Source: Octopus sinensis
Lineage: Eukaryota
NCBI RefSeq assembly: GCF_006345805.1
Contig: NC_043026.1
Location: 4,526,001 to 4,590,000 of the forward strand
Direction: 5' to 3'
DNA length: 64,000 nt
A model generated the notes under the pieces. It searched no databases. It worked only from the letters and a program-made list of their open reading frames with translations, and was not told where the DNA came from. Shown here piece after piece: positions 26,066 to 37,305 of this stretch (positions are counted from its first letter, which is position 1; each line of letters opens with the position of its first letter). The position numbers were made by a program, and so were the translations under genes.

Positions 26066-27289
26066 GTTCACTATAAAATTATTTTAGCATTTTCTATTTT
26101 TTACTTGTTTTTTCATATATATATATATATATATACATCCTGTGGCATAACTACAGATGAACACCCCATCGACTTTGTTTCCTCATAACTTCCAGGAAAA
26201 TGGATATTTTTAATGAAACTTCCACTTTCATTTTCTAAGAGAAAAGGATGCTCTCAAAAGAAATCCTCTTTTACAAAGCTCTTATTTAAATCCCTGTGGA
26301 TAAATCCCAGCAAGAATCTTCTCAGGCTCTCCAATATTTTACAATTATATAAAGAGAAAGAATCGGGGGCCAGGAAGTGGGGCTAAAAATAATCAGAGAT
26401 TTTAAAAATATTCTTTTTATTTTTTTGTAACATAAATGTGTTTCTGAGGGAAAAAATGAGAAAAAAAAGAAGACAAGGAGGGTGGTGTGCTAGAAACAAC
26501 AGCCAAATCTCCCTTAAATCACACACTTTTTCCCTCGAACCCTTACAAAACATTTTGCCAACAAATTTCTTTTTAATCGTAATCTGCATCGTTTGAAAGT
26601 TATTTCTACCAAATTTCATTCAAAAATACCCATTTTTATGCAAAAATACCTTTATACACATGTATATACCTACATATACACACATGTCTTTGCTATGTTT
26701 TTTAAACACATAAAACTCATAGATGCATACTTTTATAATATTTTACACTTAAACCGCCGCAGGACAATATTTTTAGAGTTGCTTCTTAAAGTGTCCTTCA
26801 CTTTTTTTATGAAAAACGATACAAATTTCAGAGTATTTGGCTGTTATTTCTAGCATACTGTTAGGCCATCTATAGGACAATATTTGACATGGATGCTTTG
26901 GAAATTGTCCATCGATTTTTATTTGTGATGAAACAAAAATGTGAAGGTTTAGGTGGCTCTTTCTAGCATGAAATGAGACCATATACAGGTCAATTTTATT
27001 TATGAATGCTTCTTATCTGTCCTTCAAAATTTATATGAAAAATAAAGTGGTTTCTATTTCTAGCGTGAAAAATGACCAGCTATGGGAAAGCTTTTACTGA
27101 ATGCTTCTTAAAGTGTCCTTCTCTTATTTTATGAACCCCCAACAACAACAACAACAACAACAACCCTACGAGGACGAAAGGCAATGTTTGTGCGTGTGTG
27201 CAGTTGGAATGTCACTGCAACAACAACAACAATCTATTCTTATTAAACGTTAAAAACTGTCAGATGCAGACTGCACACACGCACACACA

Positions 27290-27960
27290 ACGATGATGAC
27301 GACGATGATGATGATGGTGACGATGGTGATGATGATGGTGATGATGACGATGATGATGATGATGAAGAAGATGATGATGACGATGATGATGATGATGACG
27401 ATGATGATGATGATGGTGATGATGACGATGATGACTATGATGGTGATGACGATGATGATGATGATGACGACGATGATGATGATGGTGATGATGATGATGA
27501 TGATGATGATGACGACGATGATGACGACGATGAAGACGACGATGATGATGATGATGATGACGATGATGATGGTGATGATGACGACGATGATGATGATGAC
27601 GATGATGATGGCGATGATGACGATGATGATGATGATGATGACGATGATGATGGCGATGATGACGATGATGGTGATGACGATGATGATGATGACGATGATG
27701 ATGGTGATGATGACGACGATGATGATGATGATGACGATGATGATGGCGATGATGACGATGATGGTGATGACGATGATGATGATGATGACGACGATGAAGA
27801 CGACGATGATGATGATGATGATGACGACGATGATGATGATGATGATGACGACGACGACGACGGCGGAGACCACGACGACCACGACCACGACGACGGCGGA
27901 GACGACGACCACGACGGCGGCGGAGACGACGACGGCGGCGACGACGACGACGACGGCGGA

Positions 27961-28001
<41 letters not shown>

Positions 28002-28162
28002 CGGAGACGACGACGACGGCGGAGACGACGACGACGGCGGAGACGACGACCACGACGACGGCGGCGGCGGCGACGACGACGACGACGGCGGAGACGGCGG
28101 AGACGGCGGCGGAGACGGCGGAGACGGCGGCGGTGGTGGCGGCGGTGGTGGCGGCGGTGGTC
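27290..28162. repeat. Compound trinucleotide minisatellite (GAT/GAC/GGT grading into GAC/GGC/GGA)
   Basis: Direct inspection; the mirror copy at 48335-49803 is much longer. Confidence 0.95.
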
Positions 28163-28240
28163 GTCTGCCTTTTAATGGAGAATCAATGATTAGGAAAGTC
28201 TCTGCTTTCGGACCAGACATTCCTATACATACATGCATGC

Positions 28241-28274
<34 letters not shown>

Positions 28275-28429
28275 GCGTATATACACACACACAAACATAC
28301 ATACTTATAGCCTTATTTCTATACATACATTCCTAAATATGTGTGTATATATATAAACACATGTATATATACTGTATATAAATATATACACACACAAAGA
28401 GAGAGTGTTGAGGAATGTTACGACAATAA

Positions 28430-28482
28430 GTGTGTAGAATGCAATGTATGCGATGCAGGTTCGATTCCCGGGCGAAGCCATT
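28430..28482 (+). pseudogene. Degenerate tRNA-like fragment (Gly-like 3' half) followed by (ACA)n
   Basis: GTAGAATGC..GGTTCGATTCCCGGGCGAAGCCA has a B-box/T-arm, but no complete cloverleaf. Mirror copy at ~48010-48060. Confidence 0.35.
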
Positions 28483-28533
28483 TACAACAACAACAATAAG
28501 AAGAAGATTGAAGTTTAATATTTCTGGAAATAT

Positions 28534-30448
28534 TTATTTGTCAAAATAAAAGAAAGCAAAAGATTGACGTCCAAGAATAATTCCAAAAACCATCAAAGAA
28601 TTGTCTGAAACATCCAAACCAAGAACTTCAGAGACTTCATTATCATCCTCACTGAGGAGTAAATATTTTGGATTATCTTTTAATCCCAGGATTTCATCAT
28701 CTTCAGATGTTTCCTCTTCAATATGTCGAGGTATTTCGTAAATATTGTTATTTAAATCTGTTATATAAACACATTCACCAATTATGGTCAGACGAGGTCT
28801 TGGAATATAATATTCCAGATCATAAAACCTTCCTTTTTCTATTCTTATCCTCCTCACCAAAGACTTTTCCCTGAACCATTCCACAAAACAAAAAACTTCC
28901 CAATCTCCAGACTCCTCCTCCTTCATCTCCCTCCTCACAACAACAACATCACCAAAAGATGTGACTCCCACATCATCCACCCCTTCATCTCCCTCAAACC
29001 TTCCCAATCTCCCCATCTTCCCACGACACACTTCATCTTTACATTTCCCATCTTCAAAATCAACCACATCCACATAATAAGGGTCAAAGATGTCGGGGTC
29101 TTTGCAATAATAGTAATCCTTGTTGTTCTCCCATCTTCTTTGGTATTTCTCGTGTCTCTCTTCTTGAGTTATGTCTCTAATATAACGACCACCACACACG
29201 AGTTGATTGTCGTTGTATTTATAAATCCTGTTGTAGTATTTCTCAGTTCTGATGGTTTTTAAACGACGGAGATCCCTGTTGAAGACCCTCATTTCTCTCC
29301 CAAAGGCGACAATGAAACATTCCTCTGTCCACCGACATATGTCCAGTGGTGGTCGTTGTTGCTGTTCATGTTGAAGTATGTCCACTGTTGTTGTTGTTGT
29401 TCTGATTAATGTGACACTTTCTCGAAACATCAACACACTCACATTCTCATCTAACTTAATTAGTTTACTGTTCCGGTCCCTAATGTCCATCAAATCATAA
29501 TCAACAGGTTCCTCGAATGCAGGAATGGAAAAAGGGACCATTGCTGTCCTATATGGAAGTCTCCTCACTGATATTTCATCAATTCCTGAATTATTAATCT
29601 CCGCTATGTAATTACCACATCTCACCTTTAATCTACCTTTACCAATTATTTCACCTGATTTACCTCTTCTTCTTCCTCCTCCATCTCCATCTCCTCCTCT
29701 GTATTCCAATTTATTAATTAATTCATTACTGAATATTTCCTTGTTCGTTTCAGATGTAATGGAAGGGAAACGAAGACCAGAATCAAGATTTAATGACGAC
29801 ACAGATTCCAGAATGTTCACTTGGTCCCCATCAATCTTTATGCAATGACATTCAATCAATTCATTATGTACACACCAGTAAATACCCGCCACTTTTCTCC
29901 ATATTACACCATAAGGGATGAGACTCGACCAAACTTGAGATGTCTGCAAATCTTCTCCATTCAGTTGAAATATTTCTTCCCTTTTAGGAACCGTGGCCAT
30001 TATGTGTGATTCTTGTGTAAAACACACACCACCAACTAAACTTGCAACATTTCTGTGACATAGCAACTGGCCATCTTCATCGAATATTTTAACATTTCCA
30101 TTATTGGCTTTTTCACACACAACTGTCTTTCCTTCCTCAGAGACATCAAAATCTTTTACTTGAACAGGACATTCGTCTGTTTGTAAACGAGCAACCGGGA
30201 AGCTGTCTCGATTCACCATAAACAACCCTTCAACATACAATTCATTCCTTTCTCCCCACCTGGGGCTTCCAACAAACCTTGGTCCTTTACAGTCTATACT
30301 GGAGAATTCTACTTCATCTTTATAAATCCTTTTATTTAAAAATATTCTCTTGTATTCCCCATTCTGGGTCAAACACAAAATGTTTTTATATTCAGATGAA
30401 CCAAAACATTTCTCCCACTCACCATGAATGTACAAAAAACTGTCATCA
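28534..30448 (-). CDS. NHL-like tandem beta-propeller protein, gene A left copy; C-terminal ~637 codons only, cut by the gap
   Basis: Uninterrupted 633-aa track ORF with NHL-like blades (VKDFDVSEEGKTVVCEKANNGNVKIFDEDGQLL; VDDVGVTSFGDVVV). Homologous to 46047-47951. Confidence 0.88.
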
Positions 30449-30548
30449 NNNNNNNNNNNNNNNNNNNNNNNNNNNNNNNNNNNNNNNNNNNNNNNNNNNN
30501 NNNNNNNNNNNNNNNNNNNNNNNNNNNNNNNNNNNNNNNNNNNNNNNN
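30449..30548. other. Scaffold gap (100 N, placeholder size)
   Basis: Exactly 100 Ns. Confidence 1.
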
Positions 30549-30939
30549 TTTCTCTCTCAGCACATCTTTATCCTACATCAACATTTTAATGTATATATAT
30601 AAATTAAATATATATATAAAGTGAGAGAGAGATACACACTTGTATACATACATATATACGCACACTCTTCACGTTTGTGCTAATTTCCTCCAACCATTTT
30701 ATAAACTATAAAAAATGTGTCCAGGATTTCAAATGCTTTTACAAGAAGAGAAAGTTCATATTTTTTTGAACAATCTCAAAAATATTTGATGAATTCTAAA
30801 GAAAGAAAATGTAAATTATATTTAATGACAAAAAGTTTTAGATTTTATTTTGCATGGAAAATTCAAAGTTTGTAAATCAATTTTACAGAAATATAAGCTA
30901 AGAAATCAAATAGGTACGTAATTGTGTCTTTATTTTTGT

Positions 30940-31870
30940 CCCACTAACATTGCTTGACAACCGATGTTGGTGTGTTTACATCCCTGTAACTTAAAGTTCA
31001 GCAAAAGACACCAATAGAATAAGTACTAGGCTTACAAAGAATAAGTCCTGGGGTCAATTTGTTTGACTAAAGGCAGTGCTCCAGTATGGCCACAGTGAAA
31101 TGACTGAAACAAGTACAAGAATAAAAGAATATATATATATATACATATATACACGTACACTATATAAATACACACACACACATAATATATACATGTTTAT
31201 GTAAAAGGGAAATAAAATGTTGAAGTTGATATTGAAAAGGAGAGAGGGAATGAGAGAGAGAGAGAGAGAGAGAAGAAAGTAAAAGAAGAGAAGGACATAT
31301 GAAGGATATAAAATAGGAAAGGAAGGGTTGTTATCATTATTATTAATTACTATTACTATTATTATTATTAATTACTATTACTATTATTTGGGTGGTGAGC
31401 TGGCAGAATCGTTAGCATGCTGGGAAAAATGCTAGGCAGCTATTTGTTTGCCTTTAACGTTCTGAGTTCAAATTTTGCAGACATCAACCTTCATCCTTTC
31501 AGGGTCAATAAAATAAGTACCTTTTGAGTTCTGGAGTCGATGTAATCAAGTTGCCTGCTCTCCAGAACTTTCTGGCCTTCTGTTAAAATTTGAAGCCATT
31601 ATTATTATTATTATTATTATTACGACTCATCTGCCACTACATTCTGAGTTCAAATTCCACCAAGGTCAACTTTGCCTTTCATCCTTTTGGGGTCGATTCA
31701 ATAAGTTCCAGCTATGCACTGGAGGCGATGTAATTTACTAGTCCCCTCACCCCAAATTTCAGGCCTTGTGCCTATAGTAAGAGAGTATTATTATTATTAT
31801 TATTATCATTATATTATTATAAATTATTATCATTATTATTATTAATTATTATTATTATTATTAATTATTA

Positions 31871-31932
<62 letters not shown>

Positions 31933-32226
31933 TACTGTGACGAGCTGGCAGAATTGTGAGGAAGCAAAGCAAAATGTTGAGCGGCATTTTGTCCATCTTT
32001 ACATTCTGAGTTCAAATTCCACCAAGGTTGACTTAGCCTCTCATCCTCTTTGGATCGATAAATTAAGTACTAGTTGAGTACTGGGGTCAGTGTAATAGAC
32101 TGGACCCTTCCTTAAACTTGCTGGCCTTGCGCTAAAACTGGAAATCATTAAAAAAAAAATTTTTTTTAATCATTGCTGTTGTTGTTGTTATTATTATTAT
32201 TGTTGTTGTTATTATTATTATTATCA

Positions 32227-32276
<50 letters not shown>

Positions 32277-33010
32277 AATTACTGTGACGTGCTGGCAGAA
32301 TTGTGAGGAAGCAAAGCAAAATGTTGAGCGGCATTTTGTCCATCTTTACATTCTGAGTTCAAATTCCACCAAGGTTGACTTAGCCTTTCATCCTTTTCGG
32401 ATCCATAAATTAAGTACTAGTTGAGTACTGGGGTCAGTGTAATAGACTGGACCCTTCCTTGAACTTGCTGGCCTTGTGCCAAAACTGGAAATCATTTTTA
32501 TTATATTAAAAACAACATAAAAGAAATCATTGCTGTTGTTGTTGTTGTTTTTGCTGCTGCTGCTAATATTATTATTATTGATGTTGTTATTGTTATAGTT
32601 ATTGATATTCTTCTTCTTCTTATTATTATTATTATTATTAAAAATACTTTGCATCATTTCTTCCAAGTTTACATTTTGAGTTCAAATTCCACCAAGGTTG
32701 ATTTTGCCCCTCGTCCTTTTGGGATTGATAAAATAAGAACGTCCTTTTGGGATTGATAAAATAAGGGCTGGGGGGTGACGTAATTAATTAACCCCCCGCA
32801 CCCAAAATTTCAGGTCTTATGCCTATAGTAGAAAGGATTATTATCTTCAAAATATTACCAAAAAAATTTGGGGGCATGGCTGTATGGTTAAGAAATTCAC
32901 TTCAGAACCTTGTGGTCTCAGGTTCAGTCCCACTTTGCAGCACCTTAAAGAATTAACTTCTTCTAATGTTCCAGGTCGACTCAAGCCTTGTGAGTGGGTT
33001 TCGTACATGG
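30940..33010 (+). mobile_element. Cluster of about 7 SINE copies or fragments separated by (ATT)n tracts, including a ~345-bp tandem duplication (31935-32210 / 32280-32550)
   Basis: Repeated GCTGGCAGAAT..TTCTGAGTTCAAATTCCACCAAGGT..CTTTCATCC motifs. Confidence 0.8.
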
Positions 33011-34574
33011 AACTGATACATCCTATGGTATATACATGTGTGTGTATATTCATGTATGCATTTGTACTTGTATGTGTATGCATGTGTGTTTGTGTGTGTG
33101 TATGCATGTATGTGTGTGTGTGTGTGTGTGTGTGCATATGTCTGCTCACGTCTCCTTGTCTTGACATCTGCTGCAAATTATAAACAAATGTCACGTCAAA
33201 CAAACAGAGTCGTTTGTTTGCAGTGTTCCACCAGAAAACATATCCAACCATTGTGCTGTTCATGTTGGAAGAACTTGGGGAAATATTCTCTTGCTTGAAG
33301 CCACGTGAGGATTGGTGACTCTCATCGAGTGTAGTCATAGACTTGACTGAGTGGGACTCATGAGAACCTGGCAAGAAACAAAACAAAATTATTAGAAGGA
33401 AAATACAGAAAAGAAAATACACCACCTGATGTATTATAAAGGTTTTGACATCCATTTTCCCTAACTGGCATGGGTAGGGCAGTTGACGAGGAAGTAGTGA
33501 ACCAGAGGACATTGCTGAGCTCCAATGAAAGATTTGGCAAGATTTGGCAAGATTTCTACAGCTGGATGATCTTCTTAACACCAGATACACACATACACGT
33601 GTGTGTGTGTGTTTATGCATGCATGAGAGTATATGAATGCATAAACATGGGTTTACTTATGTTTGATTGCACATCTGATTTTGTATGCTAGCATGGGTTA
33701 GGTGAATATATTATTGTAGCCTTGTTTTACAGACAGACAGCCTTCCTATTGCTCACCCAAAACCATTTTGCAAGAACAAAAGTTCTTATTTCCCATGTCT
33801 TCCAAGGTGGGGGTGATTGATTGACAGATGTTTCTGCTTGGAGCAATTTAAAAGAGATTGCAAACATAAACAAATGCACAGACACCTATGCGCACACACA
33901 CTCAGCTCGAGTTCACTGCTTCCTGTAGCAGAAACAGCTGGAAGCTAATGAACGTGTCTACGTAACTCTTGTTCTTTTGTCGTTCATTGATTCATATCTA
34001 TAAACATACATGGACACAAATATTTATACATGGGTATGTGAAGGTATATATATGTATATATATATATATCATCATCATCACTTAGCGTCCGCTTTCCATG
34101 CTAGCATGGGTTGGACGGTTCAACTGGGGTCTGGGAAGCCAGAAGGCTGCACCAGGCCCAATCTGATCTGGCAAAGTTTCTACGGCTGGATGCCCTTCCT
34201 AACACCAACCACTCCGTGAGTGTAGTGGGTGCTTTTTACGTGCCACCGACACAGGTGCCAGACGAGGCTGCCAAATGGCTGCGATCAGATGATGCTTATT
34301 ATGTGCCACCGGCACTGGTATCACAGCTACAATTTCCATTGATGTTGATCGACTTGGATTTTGATTTTGATTTTGATATATATATATATATATATATAGA
34401 TAAGAAAGTTGTTTGGTAAAGCACGTGGGTGAATATATAAGAAAATAGTAAAGAGTGAAAAAACGACAGAAGGCTTAAATGTTAAAGAATATATATATTT
34501 GCGTCAAGATGTCTGGAGAATATTGGAAAAAATTTTTTTTCCCTCCTTAAAATGACATTAATTTATAATTTTTA

Positions 34575-34614
34575 AAGAAATTACCGGTTTCGCAGTTCGT
34601 TTTTCAAATTTCTT
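34575..34614 (-). ncRNA. Minimal hammerhead-like motif, U3:A8 core, reduced stem II
   Basis: AAGAAAT-TTGAAAA-acgaactgc-GAAA-CCG-GTA-ATTTCTT with a perfect 7-bp stem I. Confidence 0.6.
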
Positions 34615-36248
34615 GTGACTTAATGTTTATTTATAATAACGTAATTCTTGTATTTTTGCCATGGAGAGCTCTAAATAAGGGAAGAAATTAGTGATTTCTT
34701 CCGGTGTAAGGGAGATAATCGCTTAAAAAATTTTTTTCCTTTCCTCTTAGTGTGAATAGTTGAGTCTGGGTTTGTACTTTTCAATGAAGAATGTTTCCTT
34801 GTTTAGTCTAATTTGTGATGATAATCCAAAAGCACATTGGTAAAATGGAAAGATTAAAAATTGTGGTTTCAGTTGCTTTGCGCATTTCTCAATGGTTCAC
34901 TAAAAGGTATCATTCTATATTCTGGGAATGCAATCTGTTGTCGATGCAGTGTGCATCTGCGCCTGAGTGATAGTCCCGTGGACCCACGTAGTCTTGGTGG
35001 CAACCCGAGCATTTAATGACATAAATTATGTTTTCAGAGGCACAAGTAAAGTTAGATTTGATCTTGAATTTCTGACCCTCTTTAAAAAAAATTCTGATCC
35101 TTCCAATAGGTTAGGACATGTTGCACAGTCGATCTACCACATTTTTTACTTTGCATCCGTGTTTAGAAGTTAGAAGACAATTTTGCCTTTGTGAGAATCT
35201 TTTTAAGTGATTTAGGCTGTTTGTGCTTTTAATGATTTGGGTATGTTTAGAATTTCCTTTAATTGGGGTTTTTATGAAGTATTGGTAAATTCTGGGTGAT
35301 GATGGTGAAAGCTTCTTTGTTTCTGGGGTTGTATGTAGATATGTAAGGTAGTATTTTCGGAGAAGGTGTGTTGTTGTGTTGAACTTTTCTTAAAGTTTCT
35401 ATGTTGATTTCTGTTGCACGTCTGATCCCATCCTCTATGAGTTGAGTTGGGTAATGTCTGTCAATTAAGGTGTTTTTGAGTTCTTGCAGTCTGAAGTTCC
35501 TGGTATTTTGTTCTGACACTATTGTGCATATCCTTCTTGCAAGGTTGAAGGGGATGTTTGTTTAGTGTGTCTTGGGTGGCATGAATTAAAGAGAAGGTAT
35601 TGTTTGGCGTCTGTGGCTTTGTAGAAAATGTCTGTTTCTATTTTAAGGTTAATTTTTTTGATTAGTATATCCAAGAACGGAAGCTCCTTTTGGTTGTATT
35701 CCATTGTGAACTGTATATTTCGGTTTATGCTGTTCAATAGGTTTTTAAATTTTAAGAGTTTATCTGTGTTTTCATTCCAGAGAATAAAACAATCGTCCAA
35801 GAATCGTTTCCAGTTCTCTTTTATGTATTGAGAGAGGGGGTTTCCAAATGCTCGGGTTGCCACCAAGACTACGTGGGGTCCACGGGACTATCACTCAGGC
35901 GTAGATGCACACTGCATCGACAACAGATTGCATTCCCAGAATATAGAATGATACCTTTTAGTGAACACATTGAGAAATGCGCAAAGCAACTGAAACCACA
36001 ATTTTTAATCTTTCCATTTTACCAATGTGCTTTTGGATTATCATCACAAATTAGACTAAACAAGGAAACATTCTTCATTGAAAAGTACAAACCCAGACTC
36101 AACTATTCACACTAAGAGGAAAGGAAAAAAATTTTTTTAAGCGATTATCTCCCTTACACCGGAAGAAATCACTAATTTCTTCCCTTATTTAGAGCTCTCC
36201 ATAGCAAAAATACAAGAATTACGTTATTATAAATAAACATTAAGTCAC

Positions 36249-36288
36249 AAGAAATTTGAAAAACGAACTGCGAAACCGGTAATTTCTT
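36249..36288 (+). ncRNA. Minimal hammerhead-like motif, U3:A8 core (inverted-arm copy)
   Basis: Identical to the 34575-34614 motif. Confidence 0.6.
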
Positions 36289-36420
36289 TAAAAATTATAA
36301 AATTATGTCATTTTAAGGAGGGAAAAAAAATTTTTTCCAATATTCTCCAGACATCTTGACGCCAATATATATATTCTTAACATTTAAGCCTTCTGTCGTT
36401 TTTTCACTCTTTACTATTTT

Positions 36421-36462
<42 letters not shown>

Positions 36463-36791
36463 GCAGAAGTAACAAAGTGACCCAAGATCCGAAAGATTCG
36501 TTTATTAGCATTTATCAAACTGGTTCTTTGGAGGTATATTCCCAGACCTCCAAAAACCAGTTTGATGAGTGTCAACTCTCGGACCTTGAGTCCCTACTGC
36601 CATACCCCTATCACCCCTACCTCTATCTTTCATCTCTCAATCACTCTCTCTTCTTCTTTTTACTCTACTATCTTACTGCTGTGACAAAGATTGGCAGTAA
36701 ATCTCTTCTCTTCACCATTCTTCCAATGAAACTAGGGATGTTACTGGACCTACCTGAGTCTCTCCCCAACACTCAGCCACTCCTTTTCATA

Positions 36792-37305
36792 TCTATATAT
36801 ATAAAACTGTAGTTGTGTGAGTGTCTGTCCCCTTCGATTTAGATTCCTAACTACTCCCACATTTTGCGGTGCAGTTTAACCAAATTCGGGTATCTTATAG
36901 TCGTGATTCATATCGAGCCCGTCTGGCTATTAGCGCGCGTCTACGATGAGTCTACAATTTTAAAAATAATTTAACATCATTTTTTATTCCATTTTAATGC
37001 ATATTTTTTCGTGTGTCGATGGCGGCGGAGTTGGCGTCCATGGTCACACCTGCACCTGTGTTGCTTCTCCCCCTTCTTCCCTCCCCTGTGAAGCTGTGGG
37101 GAAGGGAGTGTAAGGAAATCAACGTCGTAATGCGTTGTCAAGGAGACCAGCGTTCTTTTAGAACAACGACTTCGTGGCTTGAAGACACCAAAACAGAAAT
37201 GGCTAAGAAAGCCCGAATTGGCATCAATAAGGGAAGTAACTCTCTAAAAATGCTTATATAGTTATTTCCCTTACAAACCCGAGCAACGCCGGGCGATACT
37301 GCTAG
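36792..37305 (+). mobile_element. Non-autonomous Helitron, copy 1
   Basis: 5' A|TC start, 3' hairpin CCCG-agcaacgc-CGGG (37278-37293) and CTAG end (37302-37305). Confidence 0.85.

Larger units (their letters stand above)
21637..26122 (+). mobile_element. Near full-length Penelope-like retroelement (N-terminal region, RT, GIY-YIG endonuclease) with inverted 5' pseudo-LTR piece
   Basis: Frameshifted ORF chain 21763-25285: FYGIPKIHK, LRPIIAGP, LVSFDVVNLYSN, GTRMAPSFANL, WKRYLDDCF, NLIYSLTCSGCQEQYIGQT. 21686-21730 is the reverse complement of 26078-26122, and 21637-21658 of 21728-21749. Confidence 0.93.
26135..30448. repeat. Left inner arm of inverted duplication (partner 46047-50957), ends at the gap
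   Basis: Reverse-complement match, e.g. TGATGACAGTTTTTTGTACATT at 46047 versus 30427-30448. Confidence 0.97.
34433..36428 (-). mobile_element. 5'-truncated Penelope-like element with inverted copy of its own 3' end
   Basis: Minus strand carries RT (ENWKRFLDDCF, PFLDILI), thumb and GIY-YIG. 35846-36428 is the reverse complement of 34433-35014 and encodes CSGCHQDYVGSTG on the plus strand. Confidence 0.92.

Noticed and set aside
27160-27190. CCTACGAGGACGAAAGG hammerhead-like word
   Set aside because: The core does not fit CUGANGA and no stems form.
27250-28298. Long poly-Met/Thr, poly-Ile/Val and poly-Ser ORFs
   Set aside because: They are frames of a trinucleotide repeat, with no splice or domain support.
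28534-30448. A-to-I RNA editing as the source of differences between gene A copies
   Set aside because: This is genomic sequence, and the differences include many transversions and in-frame indels, not mainly A/G.
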